From contig CALWOS010000030.1 of NCBI GenBank assembly GCA_944383185.1, positions 1-40,179 of the forward strand: 40,179 nt of DNA, read 5' to 3'. The number at the start of each line of letters is the position of its first letter. Within the stretch, counting starts at the first letter, position 1. The DNA comes from an uncultured Oscillospiraceae bacterium (GTDB lineage Bacteria > Bacillota > Clostridia > Oscillospirales > Oscillospiraceae). Shown here one piece after another: positions 28,668-35,960 of the stretch. Below the pieces are notes generated by a model, which saw only the letters and a program-made list of their open reading frames with translations, made no database searches and was not told where the DNA came from. Both the position numbers and the translations under genes were made by a program.

Positions 28668-29915
28668 TTAGGACACCGAGATGATCACACTGTACTCGCC
28701 CACGGCGCCTACGCTCTCAAACCCATCCACATAGATCCGTACCGGGACGGATACTTGTCCGGAACGGTTGTTGAAGTTGGTCATATCCGCCTCCGCCCTG
28801 ACATCCTCCGGGCGCACCTGCTCCAGAATGGCCGCGGGGCCTCGGAGTGTGACCGTAATGCTTTGCGTCATCAGTGTGGCGGTGGTACCTTCTGTCTGGC
28901 CGATAATACTGATATTGTCGATGGTCATCTCCGTCTTTTCCAGGCCGCGAATGGTCACCGTGACGGTGGCCTCTGTGACGCCGGATTCATTGGTAATACC
29001 GTTATCCAATATAATCGTGTAGGTCTCTTCAAACGTATCGTCTACCAGGGACAGGTCGATGGTGGAAAGGACGATACGGTTGATGCCCTCCAGTTGTTGG
29101 GCATCTCCGGACAGGAGGATGGAGGACGGTTCGATGTCCACCACGGCGTTCTCCACCGAAGCGCCGCCGCCGTCCAGGATATCCACGGAGAGGGCAACTT
29201 CCTTGGTAACATTCACTACCATAGTTACCTGAACCTGGTCCGTGGACATGGTGATGCCATCGGTCTCCATGATATTGCCTTCCGTATCAATAAGCTGATA
29301 GGTGGAGTCATAGGTGATGGTACTGCTCACATCCTGCCGGTCAATCGTCACCAGAGCGTACGCTACCTGGTTGATCACGCTCTCGGCGCCGTAGATGTCG
29401 ATGGTGGACGGGTTGGTGGTGATGGGTTCGCTGACATAGCCTTCTGCCACCGTGCCGTTGAATACTCCCATCACGTCAATCGTGCGCTGCTTGACATTTT
29501 CCACTGTAAAGGTGATGTTGTCCGGCACCCGGCGGATAATGCTTACGTCCGATGCGTTTACGCTGTCCGGAAACTGGAGCTGCACCGGATAACTGTAACT
29601 CCGGGCCTCAAGCTCCGTCACGTCAATATAGGCGGTGACATTCCGCTCATCCAGCTTGCTCAGTTCCCGGATGCTGCCCTGGAGCGTTACCTGAACGGTG
29701 TCCGCGCTCACGTCGGATATGATGAGTCCTTTGGACTCTCGCAGGGCATCCTCCCCCACAAACTGCACCGGCAGGCCATACAGTGTGGTCTCTGTGACCT
29801 CCGTTTCCACCGAGGTCACATAAACCCACAGGCAAATGGAGCCCAAAAGGGAGACGATGATCCAGAAGAGCTTGCTGTCGTATAGTTTACCGAGGGTCTT
29901 CTTCCACATTGACAT
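28668..29915 (-). CDS. cdaR: YbbR-domain protein, CdaA regulator CdaR
   Basis: ATG 29915 (MSMWKK). N-terminal TM LFWIIVSLLGSICLWVYV followed by repeated beta-rich YbbR-like modules. Overlaps the cdaA end as is typical. Confidence 0.85.
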   Translation of the reverse strand: MSMWKKTLGKLYDSKLFWIIVSLLGSICLWVYVTSVETEVTETTLYGLPVQFVGEDALRESKGLIISDVSADTVQVTLQGSIRELSKLDERNVTAYIDVTELEARSYSYPVQLQFPDSVNASDVSIIRRVPDNITFTVENVKQRTIDVMGVFNGTVAEGYVSEPITTNPSTIDIYGAESVINQVAYALVTIDRQDVSSTITYDSTYQLIDTEGNIMETDGITMSTDQVQVTMVVNVTKEVALSVDILDGGGASVENAVVDIEPSSILLSGDAQQLEGINRIVLSTIDLSLVDDTFEETYTIILDNGITNESGVTEATVTVTIRGLEKTEMTIDNISIIGQTEGTTATLMTQSITVTLRGPAAILEQVRPEDVRAEADMTNFNNRSGQVSVPVRIYVDGFESVGAVGEYSVIISVS

Positions 29916-30777
29916 TGTCTTTTCCCTTCTTCCATCGTGCAAAGAACCGTACGGGTCCTCCGGTCTTGGCCTCCGTTTCCTGCGTAGAGAGGAGTTCGTT
30001 GCGCAGCAGACGTTGGCAGGTCTCCGGGGAGAGGTGCCGTTTGAGCATGCCCTCCACTGCCACGGAGATGGCGCCTGTCTCCTCGGAGACGATTACCACA
30101 ACTGCGTCGCTCCGCTCGCTCATGCCGATGCCGGCCCGGTGGCGCATGCCCAGATCCCGGCTGAGGTTGGTGTTTCCCGAAAGGGGGAGCATGCATCCGG
30201 CAGCCGCAATGCGCCCATCCCGGATGATCACAGCACCATCATGGAGCGGCGCCTTATTAAAAAACAGGTTTTTCAGCAGTTCTGAGGTAGTGGTGGAGTC
30301 GATGATGGTGCCGGTGTTGATGGGGTCCGTGAGCTTGTTATCCCGCTCGAAGATGATCAGTGCGCCCGTGCGGGACCGGCTCATGTCGGCACAGGCCAGG
30401 ACAGTCTGGGTAATCGCCTGCTCCATGCCGGTATGGTCTTTTTCCCGGATCAGAAAAGAAGTCAGCCGCCCGCTGCCCACCTTTTCCAAGGCCCGGCGCA
30501 GCTCCGGCTGGAACAGCACAACCAAAGCCAGCAGCCCCAGTTCCATTGCCCTGCGTAAGATGAAGTTCACTACCAGCAGCCCTGTCACATCACTGACCCA
30601 CAGTGCCAGGATCAGGACAAGCAGGCCAATGGCGATTTGAGAGAGGCGGGTCATGCGAATAAAACGAATGCCCTCATAGATGAAAAACGCAATGATCAGA
30701 ATGTCCAGAATGCTGGAAATGGAGAGCATTCGAAACACCCGGAAAAAGGATTCTATCGAACTTTGTAATACTTGCAT
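29887..30777 (-). CDS. cdaA: Diadenylate cyclase CdaA (c-di-AMP synthase)
   Basis: Start set at ATG 30777 (MQVLQSS, GGAG 8 nt upstream). Three N-terminal TMs. DisA_N motifs GALIIFERDN, PLHDGAVII, RHRAGIGMSE. Confidence 0.92.
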   Translation of the reverse strand: MQVLQSSIESFFRVFRMLSISSILDILIIAFFIYEGIRFIRMTRLSQIAIGLLVLILALWVSDVTGLLVVNFILRRAMELGLLALVVLFQPELRRALEKVGSGRLTSFLIREKDHTGMEQAITQTVLACADMSRSRTGALIIFERDNKLTDPINTGTIIDSTTTSELLKNLFFNKAPLHDGAVIIRDGRIAAAGCMLPLSGNTNLSRDLGMRHRAGIGMSERSDAVVVIVSEETGAISVAVEGMLKRHLSPETCQRLLRNELLSTQETEAKTGGPVRFFARWKKGKDNVNVEEDPR

Positions 30778-30855
30778 AGCCATTGCTCCAACTCTATATG
30801 GGATGGCGGCCGCCGGCAGAGGCGAAATTGGCCGCAATTGAAATCCATACAGGGT

Positions 30856-30885
30856 ATTATACATCATTGATGACAATGGTAGCAA
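30856..30885 (-). promoter_or_regulatory. Candidate sigma-A promoter for cdaA-cdaR
   Basis: Minus strand TTGCTA (30880-30885), 18 nt, TATAAT (30856-30861), about 75 nt upstream of the cdaA ATG. Confidence 0.4.
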
Positions 30886-30892
30886 TAAAAAG

Positions 30893-32014
30893 TTACAATT
30901 TTGTTACCACTTTCCGATAGATCTCCCCTGTCTGCCGGATCTCAGCCGCAGTAGTCCAGGGGCCCACGGAGAACCGCACGCTGCCCCGTTCCACATCTCC
31001 GGCAGTGATATGGGCCTGGGGCGCGCAGTGGAGGCCGCCCCGGACACAGACACCGTTCCGTCCCAGGGCGGCGGCCACCTCTTCGCAGTCCAGACGGGGA
31101 TGAAGCACAGAGAGCACGCCAGCCTGCTCCTGACCATTGCAAGAAAACAAAGCTCTGCCGCCGGCCCACCCATCCACCTGCCTGGCCAGCAGGCGGATGA
31201 GGCTTCTTTCGTGAGCGGCCACTTTTCCCAGGCCCTTGCGCCGCAGGAAATTCACGCCCGCCATAAGCCCAGCCGCGCCGGGGACATTTTGGGTGCCGGG
31301 CTCCAGGCGTTCCGGGAGATAGTCCGGCATAGAGGCGCTGCGGCTGTCCATCCCGGTACCGCCGGACATGAGCCAATCCGGCACGCCGCCGCACAGCAGC
31401 ACTCCCGTTCCCTGCGGACCCAAGAGGCCCTTGTGCCCAGGCATGGCGATATACGCTGCGCCCAGCGATGAAAAGTCCACGGGAAGTACGCCGGCAGACT
31501 GGGAGGCATCCAGGATAAAGGGGATGCCCCGCTCCCGGCACAGCGCGGCAATCTCCCCCACGGGAAGGATATTCCCAAAAACGTTGGATACATGGGTGCA
31601 TACGCACACGTCTGCGCGGTCCAGGGCAGATGCAAAGGCCGTCAGCATCCCCGCGGTGTCAAACGGCGGCGCCCGAAGTATTTCCACCCGGGCGCCCACG
31701 TCATGGAGCGGGCGCATCACCGCGTTGTGTTCGTACCCGGATACAGCCACCCTGGTGCCGGGTCCGACCAGGTGCCGGATAGCGATATTGAGACCATGGG
31801 TAGCGTTCATGGTGAGTACTACCTGTTCCGGACTGGGCACATGGAAAAACTCCGCCAGGACTTCCCGGCAGCGAAACACCAGATCCGCCGCCGCCGTGGC
31901 CGGCTGGTGGCCGCCCCGCCCCGGGCTGGCACAGCGGGCCATGGCGGAAATAACAGCCCTGGACACTTCCGGAGGTTTCTGGAGGCTGGTGGCCGCCGTG
32001 TCCAGGTAGATCAT
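30893..32014 (-). CDS. Class V aminotransferase-fold PLP enzyme, cysteine desulfurase / selenocysteine lyase-like
   Basis: Start ATG 32014 (MIYLDTAATS) in an ATGA overlap with the DUF3343 gene. PLP-Lys motif MPGHKGLLGPQGTG. RGGLHCAP near the C-terminus. 373 aa. Confidence 0.85.
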   Translation of the reverse strand: MIYLDTAATSLQKPPEVSRAVISAMARCASPGRGGHQPATAAADLVFRCREVLAEFFHVPSPEQVVLTMNATHGLNIAIRHLVGPGTRVAVSGYEHNAVMRPLHDVGARVEILRAPPFDTAGMLTAFASALDRADVCVCTHVSNVFGNILPVGEIAALCRERGIPFILDASQSAGVLPVDFSSLGAAYIAMPGHKGLLGPQGTGVLLCGGVPDWLMSGGTGMDSRSASMPDYLPERLEPGTQNVPGAAGLMAGVNFLRRKGLGKVAAHERSLIRLLARQVDGWAGGRALFSCNGQEQAGVLSVLHPRLDCEEVAAALGRNGVCVRGGLHCAPQAHITAGDVERGSVRFSVGPWTTAAEIRQTGEIYRKVVTKL

Positions 32015-32268
32015 GGCACCGGTACCCCCCGCAGCGAGCCGTCCTCGCCCCAGACGTATGCGCCGTCCGGGCGCAGGTTCTGTTTTCGCAAGACCTCCAA
32101 CGCCGTAGTCAGGTTTGCCTCTCGAATCCGTACACAATAGCCGCAGCCCCGGCGAGTGATTCCCTGTGGCGCCCGCTGGAGATAGGCAGAAATGCCGCTT
32201 TGCTCCAGAACACGCGACGTGCGCTGGGCGTAGGTGAGAGAGCGGCACAGCAACAAAGCACTGGTCAT
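32011..32268 (-). CDS. DUF3343-like small protein (putative S/Se carrier)
   Basis: 85 aa. LLLCRSLTYAQRTSRVLEQSGI...RGCGYCVRI pattern matches DUF3343 as I recall it. Translationally coupled to the desulfurase-like gene. Confidence 0.65.
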   Translation of the reverse strand: MTSALLLCRSLTYAQRTSRVLEQSGISAYLQRAPQGITRRGCGYCVRIREANLTTALEVLRKQNLRPDGAYVWGEDGSLRGVPVP

Positions 32269-32317
32269 AAAAAAGCCTCCCGCATCAAGATGAGGTATAC
32301 CTCAGTCTATGCGGGAG
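32269..32317 (-). terminator. Composite hairpin plus T6 tract between the ECF S-component gene and the DUF3343 gene
   Basis: CTCCCGCAT (32277-32285) / ATGCGGGAG (32309-32317) enclosing the perfect palindrome GAGGTATACCTC (32292-32303). On the minus strand it is followed by GCTTTTTT, then the ATG at 32268. Confidence 0.6.
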
Positions 32318-32340
32318 ACACGGGAAGTGACCGGCGTGTA

Positions 32341-32946
32341 TCAAGCGGTGCGCCTGCCCAGGCTCCAGTTCACATGCAGCAGGGCTTTGGCAACGGGGGT
32401 GCTGATGAGGCAGCAGGCCGCCGCCTCCACCACGCCCTGTACCCCCACGAATGCCACGCAGAAGGCCAGGAAAGGCGCACCGGCAGCCATTTCCTGAATG
32501 AAGTCCGTATGGAAAAACAGCAGCCCCAGCCCGCCGACAAACAGCACGGTGTTCATCACAGGGCCCAGCAGGGCCGCCGCCGCACAAAAGCCCAGCCCAC
32601 GCCGCCGGCCAAGCGCGGAAAACAGCAGCCCCGGCAGCAGTCCGGCCAGAATCCGGGGGACCAGGCACAGGATGCAGGTGCTCACCGGGTTGATGGACAG
32701 CAGCGTCGCGCCAAACCAGCTGGAACCGTCCAGGCACTGGAAAAAGCTGGTCAGGCCAAAAACGCCGCCCAGGATTGCTCCCGCGGCGGGGCCAAGGACG
32801 ATGGCGCCCACGGTCACAGGGATCATCAGGAAGGTGATCTCCAACCCGGGAGTCCTCAGATAGCCCAAAGGCGTGTAGGCCATGACCAGGGTGACCGCGA
32901 CAAAAACGGCCAAGCGGGTAAGGTACTGGATACGTTTGTCCTGCAT
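32341..32946 (-). CDS. ECF transporter S component (possibly pantothenate-specific PanT, by context)
   Basis: About six TM segments. LTRLAVFVAVTLVMAY.., ITFLMIPVTVGAIVLGPAAGAILGGVFGLTSF, VPRILAGLLPG are typical of vitamin S components. AAGGAGG RBS. Lies directly downstream of coaX. Substrate is not determinable from sequence. Confidence 0.75.
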   Translation of the reverse strand: MQDKRIQYLTRLAVFVAVTLVMAYTPLGYLRTPGLEITFLMIPVTVGAIVLGPAAGAILGGVFGLTSFFQCLDGSSWFGATLLSINPVSTCILCLVPRILAGLLPGLLFSALGRRRGLGFCAAAALLGPVMNTVLFVGGLGLLFFHTDFIQEMAAGAPFLAFCVAFVGVQGVVEAAACCLISTPVAKALLHVNWSLGRRTA

Positions 32947-33003
32947 GGGAATTTTCCTCCTTGCTGCCGTTCTCCCCCCTGGGAGATACAGCGCAGTTGA
33001 TAT

Positions 33004-33030
33004 ATTCTATCGGGCCAGGTGGCCGGATAG
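33004..33030 (-). promoter_or_regulatory. 24-bp imperfect dyad overlapping a TAGAAT -10-like box upstream of the ECF S-component gene
   Basis: Minus strand CTATCCGGCC ACCT GGCCCGATAG (33007-33030), immediately followed by and sharing bases with TAGAAT (33004-33009). No good -35 seen. Confidence 0.3.
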
Positions 33031-33142
33031 TCGGGTGGATATACCGCCGCACCGTGCTCTCCCGTCCAGAGGACGGGTGGAGCCGGCGGAAGGCGGGAGA
33101 GGCAGTCGCTGCCTCCTCAGTCAAAGCCCATGTTCAGGGGCT

Positions 33143-33910
33143 TTATTTGCGGTTTTTATAGTATATGATGCGGAGGCCGTCCAGCAACAGGTGTTCATCC
33201 AGGACCAGATTCCGCTGAAAGCCGGGAGCTACTGTCCGGGCCCAGCTCCCGGTGAGGACCAGGGTACAGCTTTGGCCCAGTTCCTCCTCCATCCGCCGGC
33301 AGAGGCCCTCCACCATGGCGGCCGTGCCCAAAACAATCCCTGCCTGCATGCACGCGGCGGTATTCCGGCCTATGGCGGAGGCGGGGCACTCCAGGGTCAC
33401 CTGGGGCAGCAGCGCTGTGGCCCGGTCCAGGGCCTCCAGTGAGAGGCCCGGCCCGGCGGCAATGGCGCCGCCTAAAAACGTGCCGGAAGCGTCCACCACG
33501 CTGAAGCTGGCGGCGGTACTCAGGTCGCAGATGATACAAGGCAGCGGGTATTTTGCCGCGGCGGCAACGGCGCCGGCGGCCAGGTCGCTGCCCAGCTGCG
33601 CGGGATCGTCTATGCCGATCTTCAGCCCCGTGCGGATCCCCGGCGCCAGGACAAGGGGCGGCGTGGCGCAGAAGCGCCGGGCCACAGAGCGGAACACCTG
33701 GGTCAGCACCGGAACCACAGAGCAGATGACTACGCCCGTAACGTCCGCCGGCGCTGTGCCATAGAGCTCCAGTATGCCGCGGACCTCCACAGCGTACTGG
33801 TCCGCCGTCCGGCGGGGATCGGCCAGGAGCGAGGAGCGAAAGGCAAGCCGCTCCTCCGTATAGCCCCCCAGGGCGATGTGGGAATTGCCGATATCAATGG
33901 CCAGAAGCAC
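33143..33910 (-). CDS. coaX: Type III pantothenate kinase
   Basis: Start at GTG 33910 (VLLAIDIGNSHI, AGGAGG upstream). ASKHA-fold motifs DIGNS and ..GTAA... 255 aa. The longer ORF to 34000 overlaps ispF and is rejected. Confidence 0.9.
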   Translation of the reverse strand: MLLAIDIGNSHIALGGYTEERLAFRSSLLADPRRTADQYAVEVRGILELYGTAPADVTGVVICSVVPVLTQVFRSVARRFCATPPLVLAPGIRTGLKIGIDDPAQLGSDLAAGAVAAAAKYPLPCIICDLSTAASFSVVDASGTFLGGAIAAGPGLSLEALDRATALLPQVTLECPASAIGRNTAACMQAGIVLGTAAMVEGLCRRMEEELGQSCTLVLTGSWARTVAPGFQRNLVLDEHLLLDGLRIIYYKNRK

Positions 33911-33968
33911 AGGTCTTTCGCCTCCTTGGCAGCGCGCGGTTCCCCGGCGCGGGTTTTGGCTCCGTTGA

Positions 33969-34460
33969 TCAGTCAAGACGTACAATGAGGGCCACCGCAT
34001 GGGCCGCGATGCCCTCTCCCCTTCCCGTGAAACCCAGGCCCTCTTCCGTGGTGGCCTTTACGTTCACCTGTTCCGGAGTGGCCCCAAGATCCTCCGCGAT
34101 GCGCCGGACCATTTCCGGGATATACGCCGCCAGGCGCGGCTTCTGCGCCAGGATGGTCACATCCAGATTCCCCAAAACATAGCCCGCCTGTACCATACGG
34201 GCCGCCACCTGCCGCAGCAGCGCGCGGCTGTCCGCCCCGGCATAGGCCGGGTCTGTGTCCGGAAACAGCCCGCCGATGTCCCCTTGCCCAAGGGCACCCA
34301 GAACTGCGTCCATCACCGCGTGCAGCGCGACGTCGGCATCAGAATGGCCCAGAAGGCCCTTTTCCCACGGAATCGTTACGCCCCCCAGCACCAGGGCCCG
34401 GCCCGAAACCAGGCGGTGAACATCATAGCCATGGCCGACACGGAACGGCAGGGAACTCAT
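33969..34460 (-). CDS. ispF: 2-C-methyl-D-erythritol 2,4-cyclodiphosphate synthase
   Basis: [23 protein letters not shown]. 163 aa. ATGA overlap with ispD. Confidence 0.96.
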   Translation of the reverse strand: MSSLPFRVGHGYDVHRLVSGRALVLGGVTIPWEKGLLGHSDADVALHAVMDAVLGALGQGDIGGLFPDTDPAYAGADSRALLRQVAARMVQAGYVLGNLDVTILAQKPRLAAYIPEMVRRIAEDLGATPEQVNVKATTEEGLGFTGRGEGIAAHAVALIVRLD

Positions 34461-35182
34461 GACACCGCCTCCCGTTCCCGGAGAATGGCGTTTGCCAGTT
34501 CCATGTCCAGGGGCGTGGTGAGCTTGATGTTGGCTTCTTCCCCGGGGATCAGGTGGACTTTGCCGCCGATGGCCTCCACAGCAGAGCAGTCATCCGTGAT
34601 GGAAATGCCCTGCTCCACAGCGTAGGTCAGCGCGCCCTTGATGAGCTCCGCCCGGAAGACCTGGGGCGTCTGGACAGCCATGATGCCATCCCGGTTGGGG
34701 GTATCCACTACGGTTTGGGCCTCCACCCGTTTCACTGTATCCCGCACGGCGACGGCAGGGGCCACAGCCTGATAAAAACGGGCGTCCCGAACCGCACGCT
34801 CTGTGAGCGCAGCGGTGGCGAACGGCCGTGCGCCGTCATGGATGCCGATCAGCTCTGCCAGAGGATTCGCCTCGCTCACGCCGGCCAAGGCGGATTCCTG
34901 ACGGGCGGCGCCGCCCACAAGGATCTTGGAAACCTTGCAGATACCGTAGTCCCGGCAGATGGCAGCTGCGTCCAGAACACGCTCCTGACGAGTGACCACG
35001 ATAATCTCGTGGATGCAGGGCAAGGCTTCAAAGGTCTTCAGGGAGTGAGCCAGAACCGGCAGGCCGCCCAGATCAAGAAACTGTTTGTCCTCTCCCATGC
35101 GCTGGGAACTGCCGGCAGCCACAATCACCATGGTGCAGTACGGATATTTCTGCTTGGGGAAATGTCGGGAGAGAAAAGACAT
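34457..35182 (-). CDS. ispD: 2-C-methyl-D-erythritol 4-phosphate cytidylyltransferase
   Basis: [29 protein letters not shown]. 241 aa. Confidence 0.95.
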   Translation of the reverse strand: MSFLSRHFPKQKYPYCTMVIVAAGSSQRMGEDKQFLDLGGLPVLAHSLKTFEALPCIHEIIVVTRQERVLDAAAICRDYGICKVSKILVGGAARQESALAGVSEANPLAELIGIHDGARPFATAALTERAVRDARFYQAVAPAVAVRDTVKRVEAQTVVDTPNRDGIMAVQTPQVFRAELIKGALTYAVEQGISITDDCSAVEAIGGKVHLIPGEEANIKLTTPLDMELANAILREREAVS

Positions 35183-35318
35183 AAAGCGCCTCCTGGAGCG
35201 TACGCCGATGCATGATGCATATCATGAAATTTCACAGGAAAGCGGCTTACGGCTAATTTTTCCGCACTTTCCCGTAACAAAAAATCCGTACCCTGCCGCC
35301 GTGCGGGGAACGAGCGGT

Positions 35319-35798
35319 TCAGGACATAGCGGTATTCAGTCTGGACTCAATTTCCTCATAAGTGGCGCTTTGGGAGAGAACCAGCTCAGAGATGAGGATC
35401 TGCTTGGCGGAATGGAGCATCTTCCGCTCCCCTGTGGAAAGGCCCCGGTCAGAGTCACGGCCCATAAGCCCTTTGACCACCGCGGCCACCTCCATAAGAT
35501 CTCCGCTTTTGATGCGCACCATATTTTCCCGGTAGCGCTTGTTCCAGTTTTGGGTCATGTTCACCTGGATGCCGGGAATGGCCTCCAGAATTTTCTCCGC
35601 CTGTTCCGCGTTCACAATGGGGCGCACGCCAATGAGGTCGCTGGTCTCTTTGGGGATCTTCACCCGCATGTCGCCATTGGGCATTTTCAAGACATAGTAT
35701 TCCCGCAGAACGCCGCCGACCTTATGGCATTCAATGTCGTCAATGATGCCCGCACCATGCATGGGGTGAGCAATTTTATCCCCAATATGGAAGACCAT
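35319..35798 (-). CDS. carD: CarD family RNA-polymerase-binding transcriptional regulator
   Basis: FHIGDKIAHPMHGAGIIDDI..YYVLKM N-terminal Tudor-like domain. 159 aa. Classic carD-ispD-ispF arrangement. Confidence 0.92.
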   Translation of the reverse strand: MVFHIGDKIAHPMHGAGIIDDIECHKVGGVLREYYVLKMPNGDMRVKIPKETSDLIGVRPIVNAEQAEKILEAIPGIQVNMTQNWNKRYRENMVRIKSGDLMEVAAVVKGLMGRDSDRGLSTGERKMLHSAKQILISELVLSQSATYEEIESRLNTAMS

Positions 35799-35848
35799 CT
35801 CCCGCGCCTCCCTCTGTTATTCTCTTATATGCAGACCTATACAGATAT

Positions 35849-35877
35849 ATTATACACAGTCTTCCGTATTTTAGCAA
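35849..35877 (-). promoter_or_regulatory. Sigma-A type promoter for carD
   Basis: Minus strand TTGCTA (35872-35877), 17 nt, TATAAT (35849-35854), about 50 nt upstream of ATG 35798. Confidence 0.6.
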
Positions 35878-35891
35878 GGAGATTTACGAAT

Positions 35892-35927
35892 AAAAAAGTA
35901 CCGGCGCGCTTTCTTGCGCGCCGGCAC
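35892..35927 (-). terminator. Rho-independent terminator after the ispH-S1 gene
   Basis: GTACCGGCGCGC (35898-35909) / GCGCGCCGGCAC (35916-35927). On the minus strand it is followed by TTTTTT (35892-35897). Confidence 0.8.
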
Positions 35928-35960
35928 ACCATTACATATGGGGGGATATTCCAATAGGGC

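Noticed and set aside
28755-29885. 376-aa plus-strand ORF opposite cdaR
   Set aside because: Same reasoning: antisense to a YbbR-domain gene in its conserved cdaA-cdaR context, with low-complexity Gly/His/Asp/Arg-rich composition.
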